Source: an uncultured virus (IMG/VR IMGVR_UViG_3300042308_001786) (taxonomy: Duplodnaviria > Heunggongvirae > Uroviricota > Caudoviricetes). Taken from it: 64,000 bases of DNA. Position numbers and translations under genes: made by a program. The stretch lies in IMG/VR virus record IMGVR_UViG_3300042308_001786; one strand, 5' to 3'. A model generated the notes under the pieces. That model searched no databases. It worked only from the letters and a program-made list of their open reading frames with translations, and was not told where the DNA came from. Each line of letters starts with the position of its first letter. The first letter of the stretch is position 1. Shown one piece after another: positions 16,525 through 24,938 of this stretch.

Positions 16525-17970
16525 ATGGCGTTCAAGGAAAAAGCTAAAAGTGAGATGATCGCGCGGACGGGGCGAGTGCAAGATTGGATGGACAGCCCTG
16601 AAAGCAGGCTCCCGGTGAGCTGCACAACGTTCGTGGTTGAAGACTCAATGGAGGGACCGGATGGAATTGAGGCGTCGTGGCGTTTTGTTTCTCATGCTCT
16701 TCGCAATGCGGCAGGAGCGGCTGTAAACCTTTCCAAGCTTCGCCCAGAAGGTGAAGACAATGGAAAAGGACTTGTGGCTAGCGGTCCCGTAAGCTTTGCG
16801 ACTATTTACAGCAAGCTGAACGAGGTGTTACGTCGTGGCGGTCAATTTCGCAATGGCGCCGTTACTTTGCATCTTGATTACGACCATCCAGACGCAATTA
16901 AATTTATTCAAGCTTCCCGCAAAGATCTTCCCTGGGTGAAGCGCTCTATTACTGTTGATAATGATTTTCTAGATAAAGCATCGCCCGAGCTTATTGCCGC
17001 TCTTTTGAAGGCAATTGCCAATGGTGATATGTGGCTAACTAAGAAGCGTTTTGATGCGAAAGGGGAGCGTATCTGGCCCAATGTTTGTGAAGAGATTTGG
17101 CTAAAGCATCGTGGCACTTGCTTGTTACAGCACGTAAATCTTGGTGCTTGCACCATTGACAATATTGTAGGAGCGTTCGCGGAAGGAATGCAACAGCTAG
17201 TTGATCTCCATCCCAATACTGGCGTTGGCGACACTGGTGAATATCTTTCCCCTTCCATTGATAAACAAATTGGCCTGGGCGTGCTGGGTCTAGCCAATTT
17301 TCTTGCCATCCATGGCATCAGTTATAAAGACTTTGGCGATGCTCTTGAAGCCTATTTAATTGAAGATCCCCATCCTTGGTCTCACCATTGGACAGATACC
17401 GTGGCTGGAAAAGCCGTCTACGCTTTCGACAAAGGCATTCGCGCCGCTGCTGAGATCGCTCGCGAGCATGGCATGGAACGCGCCTTCTGCATCGCCCCCA
17501 CTGCATCATGCTCTTATCGCTACCTCGACTCCCGTGGTTTCACCACTGCCCCTGAAATTGCTCCTCCTATTGGGCGCATGGTTGATCGCGACAGTGGCAC
17601 GTTTGGCGTGGAAAGCTTTGACTATGGAGAAGTGGAAATTGCTGCTGAAGTGGGATGGGAAACTTTCTTCAAAGTGGCAAATGGCATTGTTTCTCTTTAT
17701 CAACGCACTGGTCTTTTCCATGGTTATTCCATGAATACTTGGGGAGATTTGGTCACTTACGATGAAACATTCCTGCGTGATTGGCTAGAATCTCCTCAGA
17801 CAAGCATCTATTACAGCCTGCAAGTTCTTCCAGACATGCAGCGTAAAGATGACGCATACGCCGCGCTCGATGAAGATTTCAAGAGCATGTTTGGCTTCGA
17901 CGATGATGCCAAAAATGCTTCTGAAAGTTGTTCATTAGACGGTGGTTTTTGTTCTAGCTGCGCTGAATGA
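16525..17970 (+). CDS. nrdA: ribonucleotide reductase class I alpha subunit (Cyano-SP clade)
   Basis: ARTGRVQ..RLPVSCT, NVCEEI, TCLL.HVNL, IAPTASCS, C-terminal CxxC; beta gene adjacent. Confidence 0.9.
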   Translation: MAFKEKAKSEMIARTGRVQDWMDSPESRLPVSCTTFVVEDSMEGPDGIEASWRFVSHALRNAAGAAVNLSKLRPEGEDNGKGLVASGPVSFATIYSKLNEVLRRGGQFRNGAVTLHLDYDHPDAIKFIQASRKDLPWVKRSITVDNDFLDKASPELIAALLKAIANGDMWLTKKRFDAKGERIWPNVCEEIWLKHRGTCLLQHVNLGACTIDNIVGAFAEGMQQLVDLHPNTGVGDTGEYLSPSIDKQIGLGVLGLANFLAIHGISYKDFGDALEAYLIEDPHPWSHHWTDTVAGKAVYAFDKGIRAAAEIAREHGMERAFCIAPTASCSYRYLDSRGFTTAPEIAPPIGRMVDRDSGTFGVESFDYGEVEIAAEVGWETFFKVANGIVSLYQRTGLFHGYSMNTWGDLVTYDETFLRDWLESPQTSIYYSLQVLPDMQRKDDAYAALDEDFKSMFGFDDDAKNASESCSLDGGFCSSCAE

Positions 17971-18026
17971 AACAAGGGCCTTGCGGCCCTTTTCTTGCCT
18001 AATTTTCCTTCGCATTGTTTATTAAA

Positions 18027-18755
18027 ATGACCGCTGCAAGCCCCTATCTCAATTTGCTTACCAAGAAGCGCTCTTGGCAGCCCGTTGCCGTGGCCAAGGG
18101 GAAAGTAACTGAAGGAGCTGAGGCGACGCTATTCAAGGCGCTTGCGCTGCGCCATCTGGAGATTCCCGTAAAGGATCTCTTGGAACAAGGCATGCAGCGT
18201 GAGCTTCCTTCGACGCCTGGCATCATTGAAACTCTTCGCTCCAATCAGGAGGATGAGGATCGCCACTTGGATGCATTGAACTATGTGGCTGATGCTCATG
18301 GCACAGATGAAAAGGCTGAAAAGGAAGTGATGAACATCTTGAAGGCATGGAATGAACATCCTGCCCACCCCATTTTGAAGGCGGGCATCATGGAGCGTTC
18401 TATTTTCTTTGTGGCACTTCCGTTCTTTCGCCAAACTGGTGACGTTGGCATGCGTACTGTTTCGCAAGACATCAGTAGGGACGAAAGGGTTCACACAGTG
18501 GCCAATGCCATGGTGAGCAAAGAGCTAGGCGAGAAAGAAAGCCAAAGCCTTGACAAGCTTCGTGCCGCCACTGCTGCTTGGCTCTTTGATGACCTCAGCG
18601 CATCGTCTAATCAGTGGCTGAACAAGGATTTTTGGCTGCGTCAGTCGAAGAGCTTGTTCTGGACGGGCAAGGCTCCTGATATGGCAGTGAGCAGGAACAG
18701 CAGGGCGATTAGTTTCTTTGAAAGTCCGAACACCTCGCTTCCTATGTATTCTTAG
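18027..18755 (+). CDS. nrdB: ribonucleotide reductase class I beta subunit (ferritin-like)
   Basis: DEDRH and DERVH ExxH motifs, ERSIFF; directly follows nrdA. Confidence 0.85.
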   Translation: MTAASPYLNLLTKKRSWQPVAVAKGKVTEGAEATLFKALALRHLEIPVKDLLEQGMQRELPSTPGIIETLRSNQEDEDRHLDALNYVADAHGTDEKAEKEVMNILKAWNEHPAHPILKAGIMERSIFFVALPFFRQTGDVGMRTVSQDISRDERVHTVANAMVSKELGEKESQSLDKLRAATAAWLFDDLSASSNQWLNKDFWLRQSKSLFWTGKAPDMAVSRNSRAISFFESPNTSLPMYS

Positions 18756-18855
18756 AGACCCCTCGCCTCTCTTCCCAAATAGCAGGGCGCCCATTTGGGC
18801 GCCTTTTGTTCTCCACGCTATTTACTTACTACAATTAGCAGGACGAGCAAATTAC

Positions 18856-19428
18856 ATGGGAAACACCCGCAGGCCCGATGGCCGCACACTGGGCAAAGCG
18901 ATCATTCAAGACGGCAGGCGCCCTTGCACTGTCTGTGGCGAAATTAAGCCCCTTGAGGAATTTGCAAAGCATCTCAAGGGAATGATGGGTAGGCAGGGAT
19001 GGTGCAAGGAATGCGGCAATGCCAAGGCGAGGGCTCGTTACAACGGCAACGCTGAGCATTATCGCAGCAGAAGGCGCGAATCAAAGCGCGAATATGATCA
19101 AAGGCGCTATGCGGAAATGATCGCAAGTGGAAACAAGCCCAAGAGGGATCCCATTAAAGCCAAGAGCTCCTATTTGTTGCGTAACTATGGGATCAGTTAC
19201 GAGGAATACCTTTGTCTTCTAGAGAGCCAAGATCACAAGTGTGCAATTTGTGGCGCGGAAGAGTCAGACAGGAAAACTAGGGAGCTAGTGGTTGATCACT
19301 GTCACGCTTCGGGGAAAGTCCGTGGCATGCTTTGCCAAAAATGCAACTTAATGCTTGGCAATGCAAATGATTTGATTAGTACACTAGAGCAAGCCGTTAT
19401 CTACCTAAGTGACAGGGGTGAAGGTTAA
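18856..19428 (+). CDS. endonuclease VII-domain homing-type endonuclease
   Basis: YGIS.EEY...Q..KCAIC, LVVDHCH..GKVRGMLC..CN..LG. Confidence 0.9.
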   Translation: MGNTRRPDGRTLGKAIIQDGRRPCTVCGEIKPLEEFAKHLKGMMGRQGWCKECGNAKARARYNGNAEHYRSRRRESKREYDQRRYAEMIASGNKPKRDPIKAKSSYLLRNYGISYEEYLCLLESQDHKCAICGAEESDRKTRELVVDHCHASGKVRGMLCQKCNLMLGNANDLISTLEQAVIYLSDRGEG

Positions 19429-19474
19429 TTTTGAAGCAAGGCGCCTTTCGGGGCGCCTTTTGCTATGCTTGTTG

Positions 19475-19712
19475 AGTTCCCGCTCTGCTTTGCATCGGGC
19501 CACCACCACTGCTGCTCTGTCGGCAGTGTGCAGCCAGTTCTAAGGTCCACCGTTGGTTGTGGAGTGTCTTTCCTGGCTTGCGTAAAATCCTGCGTTTGCA
19601 GGTCGGGAGGACGCTCCCGCCAGATTGATCCACTGGTGAGCCCTCAACCCATTTGGCAAGCTTGACGGATCCTCGCCCCTAAGCCTCTCAACGATGCTCA
19701 AACCAGGGGCTG
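19475..19712 (+). ncRNA. candidate structured ncRNA upstream of the tRNA-like gene
   Basis: TGCTATGCT extended -10, then six or more consecutive hairpins; no convincing ORF. Confidence 0.4.
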
Positions 19713-19714
19713 CT

Positions 19715-19784
19715 GACGGTTAAGTGTTGTGGTACACGTTGGGCAGATAGCCCAGAATGCCAGGTTCGATTCCTGGGGCTGTCC
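19715..19784 (+). tRNA. non-canonical tRNA-Ile(GAT)-like gene
   Basis: Full cloverleaf with perfect T-arm CCAGG-TTCGATT-CCTGG and loop CA-GAT-AG; A8/U14 and A33 deviate from consensus. Confidence 0.55.
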
Positions 19785-19812
19785 TATGATGAGCTTTCTT
19801 CTCCATTGAACC

Positions 19813-20061
19813 ATGTTCAAACCAGCGCCTCGCGCGGCCACGTATGACGTTGGTGAAGATCTGCAAACAGTTCTCAAATATTTGGCAAGAAGACTGAATG
19901 TAAGCACTGGCACCATCATTGGAATGGGAGTGGCAGTAGTAGAAGAAGCGGTGAAGGTGCAAGGAGAAGATTCCTACGTTATCAACATTGAAAAAGATGG
20001 ACAAGTGACAGGCTGTAAATTAAGCGCCTATCTTGAGCATACGCAAAGTAAAAAACAATGA
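19813..20061 (+). CDS. hypothetical protein
   Basis: 82 aa ORF. Confidence 0.55.
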   Translation: MFKPAPRAATYDVGEDLQTVLKYLARRLNVSTGTIIGMGVAVVEEAVKVQGEDSYVINIEKDGQVTGCKLSAYLEHTQSKKQ

Positions 20062-20630
20062 GCGCTTTCGTTACGTCAGATACTCACTTTGGCCATGCGA
20101 AGATGATTGATTTCTTGCGTCCTGATGGTGAACTATTACGCCCGTTCTCATCGTGCGAAGAAATGGACGAAACAATTATTGAGCGATGGAACGCGAAAGT
20201 AGGCAAACGCGACACTGTTTACCATCTTGGGGATGTAGTTATTCCTCGTGCATCGTTAAAGCTTCTTTCTCGTCTCAATGGAAGGAAGATTCTCATTCGT
20301 GGTAATCATGATCAAGGAGCATTAAAGGACTATTTGCCATATTTTGAAGACGTGCGGGGAGCATTCTTCCATCCTTGTGATAGCACGTTTCCTGGAGGCT
20401 TAATCTTCACACATGTTCCCGTGCATCCATCGTGCCTGTCTGGTCATTACACGGGCAATGTACATGGCCATTTGCATTGTCATCAAATTCTCACTAATGA
20501 CGGGCAAGTAGATAAACGCTATTTCAATGCATGCCTAGAAAGGAACAATTTTTCTCCAGTAGCATTTGAAGATATAAAAGACTTTTTCCGCCGTGAGCGA
20601 GCGTCGAACGTTCAACACGCCCCTGCGTGA
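20058..20630 (+). CDS. calcineurin-like metallophosphoesterase
   Basis: SDTHFGH, HLGD, GNHD, THVP and HGHLH motifs. Confidence 0.92.
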   Translation: MSAFVTSDTHFGHAKMIDFLRPDGELLRPFSSCEEMDETIIERWNAKVGKRDTVYHLGDVVIPRASLKLLSRLNGRKILIRGNHDQGALKDYLPYFEDVRGAFFHPCDSTFPGGLIFTHVPVHPSCLSGHYTGNVHGHLHCHQILTNDGQVDKRYFNACLERNNFSPVAFEDIKDFFRRERASNVQHAPA

Positions 20631-20829
20631 ACCGCTCAATCCAATCATTTATCAATCATTGAGAGCCATTGATTGGCACAATGCTCAATTTTTCTTAACC
20701 ATGGACCATTGGCATCTTGAAAAAGCTGTCATCATTAGAAAGTATGTAACAGAACTAAAGGCCTGGATTTATGCGCAGGAAGAAGCTATGGAGAGTGTGG
20801 GCAAAGGCTCTGGGGAGCAAGGAGAGTAA
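20593..20829 (+). CDS. hypothetical cyanophage protein
   Basis: RTFNTPLREP.NP.I...AIDWH motif. Confidence 0.65.
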   Translation: MSERRTFNTPLREPLNPIIYQSLRAIDWHNAQFFLTMDHWHLEKAVIIRKYVTELKAWIYAQEEAMESVGKGSGEQGE

Positions 20830-20992
20830 TTGCGACAAGGAAGCAGATACAGTGGCAATTGTTCGCACGTTTATTTTTGCTTCGTATTTGATTACCAATG
20901 TTGCAATATGCGCTAATGCCGTTCGTCATTGGAATAGGGGCTTGCCGAACGAGTCGGTGCGCGATACAGTGGAGTATCTTCAGCGATCCTGA
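20771..20992 (+). CDS. conserved cyanophage membrane hypothetical protein
   Basis: WRVWAKALGSK...EADTVAIVRT...ITN....NAVRHW. Confidence 0.7.
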   Translation: MRRKKLWRVWAKALGSKESNCDKEADTVAIVRTFIFASYLITNVAICANAVRHWNRGLPNESVRDTVEYLQRS

Positions 20993-20995
20993 GAC

Positions 20996-21919
20996 ATGCT
21001 TACGGTTCTAGATCTCTTCTCTGGCATAGGAGGCTTCAGCTATGCAGCCGAGCAACTTGTCGGTGGTTTCAAGACCATTGCCTTCTGTGATTCAGACGAG
21101 CCTTGTCGGAGAGTGCTTCGCAAGCACTGGCCCGATACGCCTATCTTCACGGACGTTCGTTCGCTCTCAGCGGAAGACATCGCCCCACTTTGTCCAAACG
21201 GACTTTCTCTCATTACTGCAGGCTTCCCCTGTCAAGACCTTAGCGTCGCAGGAAAACAGGCAGGATACGATGGAGAGCGAAGTGTGTTGTTTTATGAAAT
21301 CATCCGTTTGGCTAGGGAGCTTCGACCTGACTTCCTCTTGCTTGAAAACGTTAGGAATTTACTATCCCACAAAAACGGGGAAACTTTCCAAGAAACCCTC
21401 TTTCAAATTGCCAAAGCAGGGTACGATGCAGAGTGGGCAATTATTCCAGCAAGTGATTTGGGAGCCTGTCACAAGCGAGAACGCATCTGGATTATTGCCT
21501 ACTCCTCGGACTTGCTCGGCAATGGCGGCACGAATCAATACGGAAGGCAATTTGGGGAAATCTCGCTTTCCCAATTTGGAAACAGTGATAGGCAGAATGC
21601 TTCCCACTCCAACGGCATCGGACCATTTGGACAGAACCTATCACTATCCAGCTTGCGTGGGGGTGACGAGGGGGGAGAAGCTGAGTTGGACAGTTGGAGC
21701 AGAATTGGGCCACAATTACGGGAACAGTGGCAAGCCAGGGGAGAATCGCTCAATCCTAACTGGCGATCCTATGTATCTCAACCCGCACTTCGTCGAGGAG
21801 ATGATGGGCTATCCAATAGGGTGGACCGACTTAAGCAATTAGGAAATAGTATTGTTCCGCAAGTGGCCGATGTTCCATTGAGAAGGATCAAGGAACTGGC
21901 AAAACAAATGAGTCAATAA
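20996..21919 (+). CDS. dcm: DNA (cytosine-5)-methyltransferase, alpha polypeptide
   Basis: DLFSGIGG, GFPCQ, ENV, HKRERIW and motif X LGNSIVPQ; motif IX missing in this frame. Confidence 0.9.
   Translation: MLTVLDLFSGIGGFSYAAEQLVGGFKTIAFCDSDEPCRRVLRKHWPDTPIFTDVRSLSAEDIAPLCPNGLSLITAGFPCQDLSVAGKQAGYDGERSVLFYEIIRLARELRPDFLLLENVRNLLSHKNGETFQETLFQIAKAGYDAEWAIIPASDLGACHKRERIWIIAYSSDLLGNGGTNQYGRQFGEISLSQFGNSDRQNASHSNGIGPFGQNLSLSSLRGGDEGGEAELDSWSRIGPQLREQWQARGESLNPNWRSYVSQPALRRGDDGLSNRVDRLKQLGNSIVPQVADVPLRRIKELAKQMSQ
21270..21842 (+). CDS. overlapping-frame beta polypeptide of the C5-MTase (TRD plus motif IX); start uncertain
   Basis: Frame open from 21042; LLPTP and MLPTPTASD repeats, LNPHFVEEMMGYPIGWTD. 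Confidence 0.7.
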   Translation: MESEVCCFMKSSVWLGSFDLTSSCLKTLGIYYPTKTGKLSKKPSFKLPKQGTMQSGQLFQQVIWEPVTSENASGLLPTPRTCSAMAARINTEGNLGKSRFPNLETVIGRMLPTPTASDHLDRTYHYPACVGVTRGEKLSWTVGAELGHNYGNSGKPGENRSILTGDPMYLNPHFVEEMMGYPIGWTDLSN

Positions 21920-21942
21920 AAAAGGAGCCTTAGGGCTCCTTT
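21918..21942. terminator. bidirectional terminator
   Basis: AAAAAAGGAGCC-TTAG-GGCTCCTTT between convergent genes. Confidence 0.7.
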
Positions 21943-21969
21943 GCTTAATGCTTAAAACCAAGGCACTGC

Positions 21970-22089
21970 TCAAAACCAATGAGGCTTGGGCACGTAGGCA
22001 ACGCCGCGATAAACGAGAGAAGCATGTTGAGCTTCACGCAGGCGAGCAGCTTTCTCAAGCTGCTGCTTGATGAGAGCGAGTGGGTTCAT
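21970..22089 (-). CDS. DUF4278-like riboswitch-controlled peptide (MNPLALIKQQLEKAARLREAQHASLVYRGVAYVPKPHWF)
   Basis: Read manually; the YRGVxY motif is typical of downstream-peptide ORFs. Confidence 0.8.
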   Translation of the reverse strand: MNPLALIKQQLEKAARLREAQHASLVYRGVAYVPKPHWF

Positions 22090-22097
22090 GATGGTTC

Positions 22098-22160
22098 CCG
22101 ATGATGCGCGGTCCCGTTCCGTACCGTGCGAGTCATGCGCCCCATTGCTGGGGTGAACGT
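22098..22160 (-). ncRNA. glutamine-II (Downstream-peptide) riboswitch
   Basis: CGTTCA-CCCCAGCAATGGGG-CGCA..GCACGGTAC-GGAACG-GGACCGCGC upstream of the YRGV peptide. Confidence 0.85.
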
Positions 22161-22164
22161 CCTT

Positions 22165-22983
22165 TCAGCTTAACATGATGCCCCTGGGGTCAATACCGGC
22201 CATGCGGAGCCATTTGCGAATTGCATTGTCGGAAACTCCATATTTCTTGCCAACACTCAAAAAAGAGCTATTTTGTATTTCTTTGATAAGTATGTCAATT
22301 GCTGGCCTTTCGGCTTTGCGAGTTGACTTGTGATAGCAATCAGCACACATTTGGGTCTTTGTGTTACTGCCAATTTGGACGTTGCATTTCATGCATGATG
22401 CAATTTTTGCGAGGCGCTTCTTCTTTTCTTGTCCCTGCCTGCTATCTTGTTTTTTCTTGTTTGACTCGACTTGCTCTTTGTATGCGTATTGGCCACTAGC
22501 AAGCTTTAATTCACGATGCCTTTGATGGCACGCAGCCCGATGGTTCTTTGCATTCTCTCCTATATTCTTGCCCCTGTAAGTCGGAGTTAACGCATGGCAA
22601 TTGGGACAAAGTAGCTGAAGATTTTCTCGGCTATTGTTATCCCTGTCTCCATTTATATGATCTAGCTCCAAAATAATTTTACCTCCTAGCCACATTTCTT
22701 TTCGGCAGCACTCACACCTGTGTCCGCGCTCGTTAATCAAACGCTTTTTAATTGCTTGCGCTGTAGTCAAATCATCAAATTTTTTCACCTCGGCGCCTTT
22801 GGGAATCCATGCTTTCCCCGTGAAATGAGATGTATCAAGATTTAATTCCTTAATCCTTTTCTTAATCGTTCTGTAATTTCCTCCTACGGGCAAAAGACCA
22901 AGTGCTCGCAATACACCAGCAAGACTTTTGCTAGTTTTTACTGCCTCTTCAATTTGCGTGGTCGAATAATTCAAGCCGGCCAT
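22165..22983 (-). CDS. tRNA-associated HNH endonuclease
   Basis: EEAVK.S.S...VLR.LG...GGNY..IK.RI...DTSHF; LELDHINGD..NN..ENLQLLCPNCH; C-terminal HTH. Confidence 0.88.
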   Translation of the reverse strand: MAGLNYSTTQIEEAVKTSKSLAGVLRALGLLPVGGNYRTIKKRIKELNLDTSHFTGKAWIPKGAEVKKFDDLTTAQAIKKRLINERGHRCECCRKEMWLGGKIILELDHINGDRDNNSRENLQLLCPNCHALTPTYRGKNIGENAKNHRAACHQRHRELKLASGQYAYKEQVESNKKKQDSRQGQEKKKRLAKIASCMKCNVQIGSNTKTQMCADCYHKSTRKAERPAIDILIKEIQNSSFLSVGKKYGVSDNAIRKWLRMAGIDPRGIMLS

Positions 22984-23022
22984 GTCGAACTGGTAAACGC
23001 ATATTTGCTCTATCTTAACGTA

Positions 23023-23099
23023 TACCTTCGACAGGGTTCGAACCTGCAAGCCTTTCGGCAGCGGGGTTTAGACGTGTTTACCTGTTTCACCACGAAGGC
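23023..23099 (-). pseudogene. tRNA-Leu-like pseudogene lacking the 5' strand of the anticodon stem
   Basis: GCCTTCG..CGAAGGT-A acceptor, GGTAAACAC D-arm, long variable arm GCC-GAAA-GGC, GCAGG-TTCGAAC-CCTGT T-arm. Confidence 0.7.
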
Positions 23100-23275
23100 G
23101 ATTGAAACCAAGGCGCTGAGGACGGGGCTTCAATCCGTCTTTGTACAGCATTTAACTATGGGTTGGCCCATAGCCTTGGCTCATCTTGGTCTGCAGAACA
23201 GTTCCCCCGAACTGTTCGTTGTTAACGCTGGCCAGCGTGCTTCGCGAAAGCCTTGAAATCATAACATGACGATGA

Positions 23276-23539
23276 TCAGGCGTCATATTCTCTTAAGCTT
23301 TCGTCGCCTTGATGGTCTGGCATGTAGTCATCATCAGTGGCATCGGCTTCCCATGAACGTTCAAGACTTTCTTCTGTCTTTAGCCGCTTGGCATGAGCCT
23401 TGAGCTTGGGTAGCAAGGTGGGAATATATAGATGTTCAGCGGCAAGAAGCTGCAAGGAAGTTTGCCTACTAATGGGGGCGTTTTCCAATAATGCGACGAG
23501 GAATTTTGTTTCCTCCATAGTTAATTTGCAATAAGTCAC
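23276..23539 (-). CDS. hypothetical protein
   Basis: 87 aa ORF downstream of terL. Confidence 0.6.
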   Translation of the reverse strand: MTYCKLTMEETKFLVALLENAPISRQTSLQLLAAEHLYIPTLLPKLKAHAKRLKTEESLERSWEADATDDDYMPDHQGDESLREYDA

Positions 23540-23570
23540 TTCATGACAGAACTATTGTTTGAAAATCATA

Positions 23571-24938
23571 CTAGGAGATTAAGCTTTCGATCCAACCAAT
23601 GTCATCATCTTTGCTTGCAGCAAGAATGGCACCAGCCATGGCAAATGCTAAGTCGTCAATGCCAGTGGCTTTACCACCAGTTACACTCCATTGCCCACTG
23701 GGTTTATAGATGACAGTGAGATTTTTAAGCTGCATAAGGGCTTTCTCATGGCGGTAGATATTAATTTGCCCTGCATTGAACAGCTCCCTCATTTTGCTAA
23801 AAGCTTTCATTTTGGAACTGACGGTCCACGTTAGTTCTGTGATCGGCAAATCACTCGCAAGACTTTGAATTGTGCCTGCGCTATTAAATTGGTCCATCAC
23901 GATAGTGTCGAAGACGTATAGACGATGCTGTTCCTTAATCCAATCTTCTACTGCATTGATATTGACTTCCATCCGTCCATTAATTTCAAAATCAGCAACG
24001 AAAGAATGGAACTTGTCAACAACCAAAGTGCCGTTCTCATAGTGAACAATGCAAGCAGTGTAGTCGTCACGGCCAACGCCACCACGGGCGGGGTCAAGGG
24101 CAAGGACGTAAGCTCCCTGGAATTCAGGGCGTGGTGGTAATGCTGCGCGGCGATCATCAATACAGGCATCAATCACATCGCTATTGACTAGCGCCGAAAG
24201 GTTGGAGGCAAATTGAGCGCCGTATTCAACGGCGAATTTGTCGGGATCACGCTGCCTTTCGGCATCAAGGAAGTCTCTTGAGATGGTTGGATTCATCTCC
24301 CAAGTGGGATAATTCGCCGCAATCATGAACGGAAATCTTCCCGATGCGGCCTCTTTGTAATGATCGTGGAAAATACCTGTTGTCAACCATGGAGAAGAAA
24401 GTTCAAGGATTCGTCCCTTGCCTGAGAATTGGGCAATTGAAGGAGAAATGGCATCATAAATTCCCCGTCCCCCGCTATTTGCATCGCCTTCTGTCGCGAA
24501 GGCCAACTCGTCAAATACCGCGCCCGCACAAGCGAGACCACGAGCGGCTCGACCAGACGTGGGAATTGCCTTGAATACACATCCATTGCTGATTTCAATA
24601 ATGTCGGCAGTTTCGCGAACGATTTCTTGGGCGAATGGACTCTCAAGGATTAATTGCCGAATATTGTTTAAGGCGATACGTGCCTGGTCTTGTGAGTTGG
24701 CCACCGCAACAATGTACCACTTTTCGCCTTTTCTCACTCGGCTTCTGTAGTCTTGTTCCAATACAAAGCACATGTAGATGCACGCAATCGCGGCAAGAAA
24801 GCTTTTGCCGCTGCGCCTACCAAGCGCCCAGATAGCAGTTGAAATGCCAGGACGAAAGAAGTCGTCAAGTAATTCGGCCTGTTTGGGATAGAGAGTTAAG
24901 CCAAGGGCATGCTTGGCAAAATCGCTACACTTCAGCAT
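23571..24938 (-). CDS. terL: terminase large subunit
   Basis: GRRSGKS Walker A, ARG, AVFDE Walker B, SSP, ALDPA and DD nuclease motifs. Confidence 0.92.
   Translation of the reverse strand: MLKCSDFAKHALGLTLYPKQAELLDDFFRPGISTAIWALGRRSGKSFLAAIACIYMCFVLEQDYRSRVRKGEKWYIVAVANSQDQARIALNNIRQLILESPFAQEIVRETADIIEISNGCVFKAIPTSGRAARGLACAGAVFDELAFATEGDANSGGRGIYDAISPSIAQFSGKGRILELSSPWLTTGIFHDHYKEAASGRFPFMIAANYPTWEMNPTISRDFLDAERQRDPDKFAVEYGAQFASNLSALVNSDVIDACIDDRRAALPPRPEFQGAYVLALDPARGGVGRDDYTACIVHYENGTLVVDKFHSFVADFEINGRMEVNINAVEDWIKEQHRLYVFDTIVMDQFNSAGTIQSLASDLPITELTWTVSSKMKAFSKMRELFNAGQINIYRHEKALMQLKNLTVIYKPSGQWSVTGGKATGIDDLAFAMAGAILAASKDDDIGWIESLIS

Noticed and set aside
16525..17970. Class II (B12-dependent) RNR assignment
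   Set aside because: The adjacent ferritin-like beta gene indicates class I
22975..23002. Plus-strand fragment resembling the 5' half of a tRNA (GCCGGCC..AACTGGTAAACGC)
   Set aside because: No matching 3' half or proper stems; overlaps the HNH start codon
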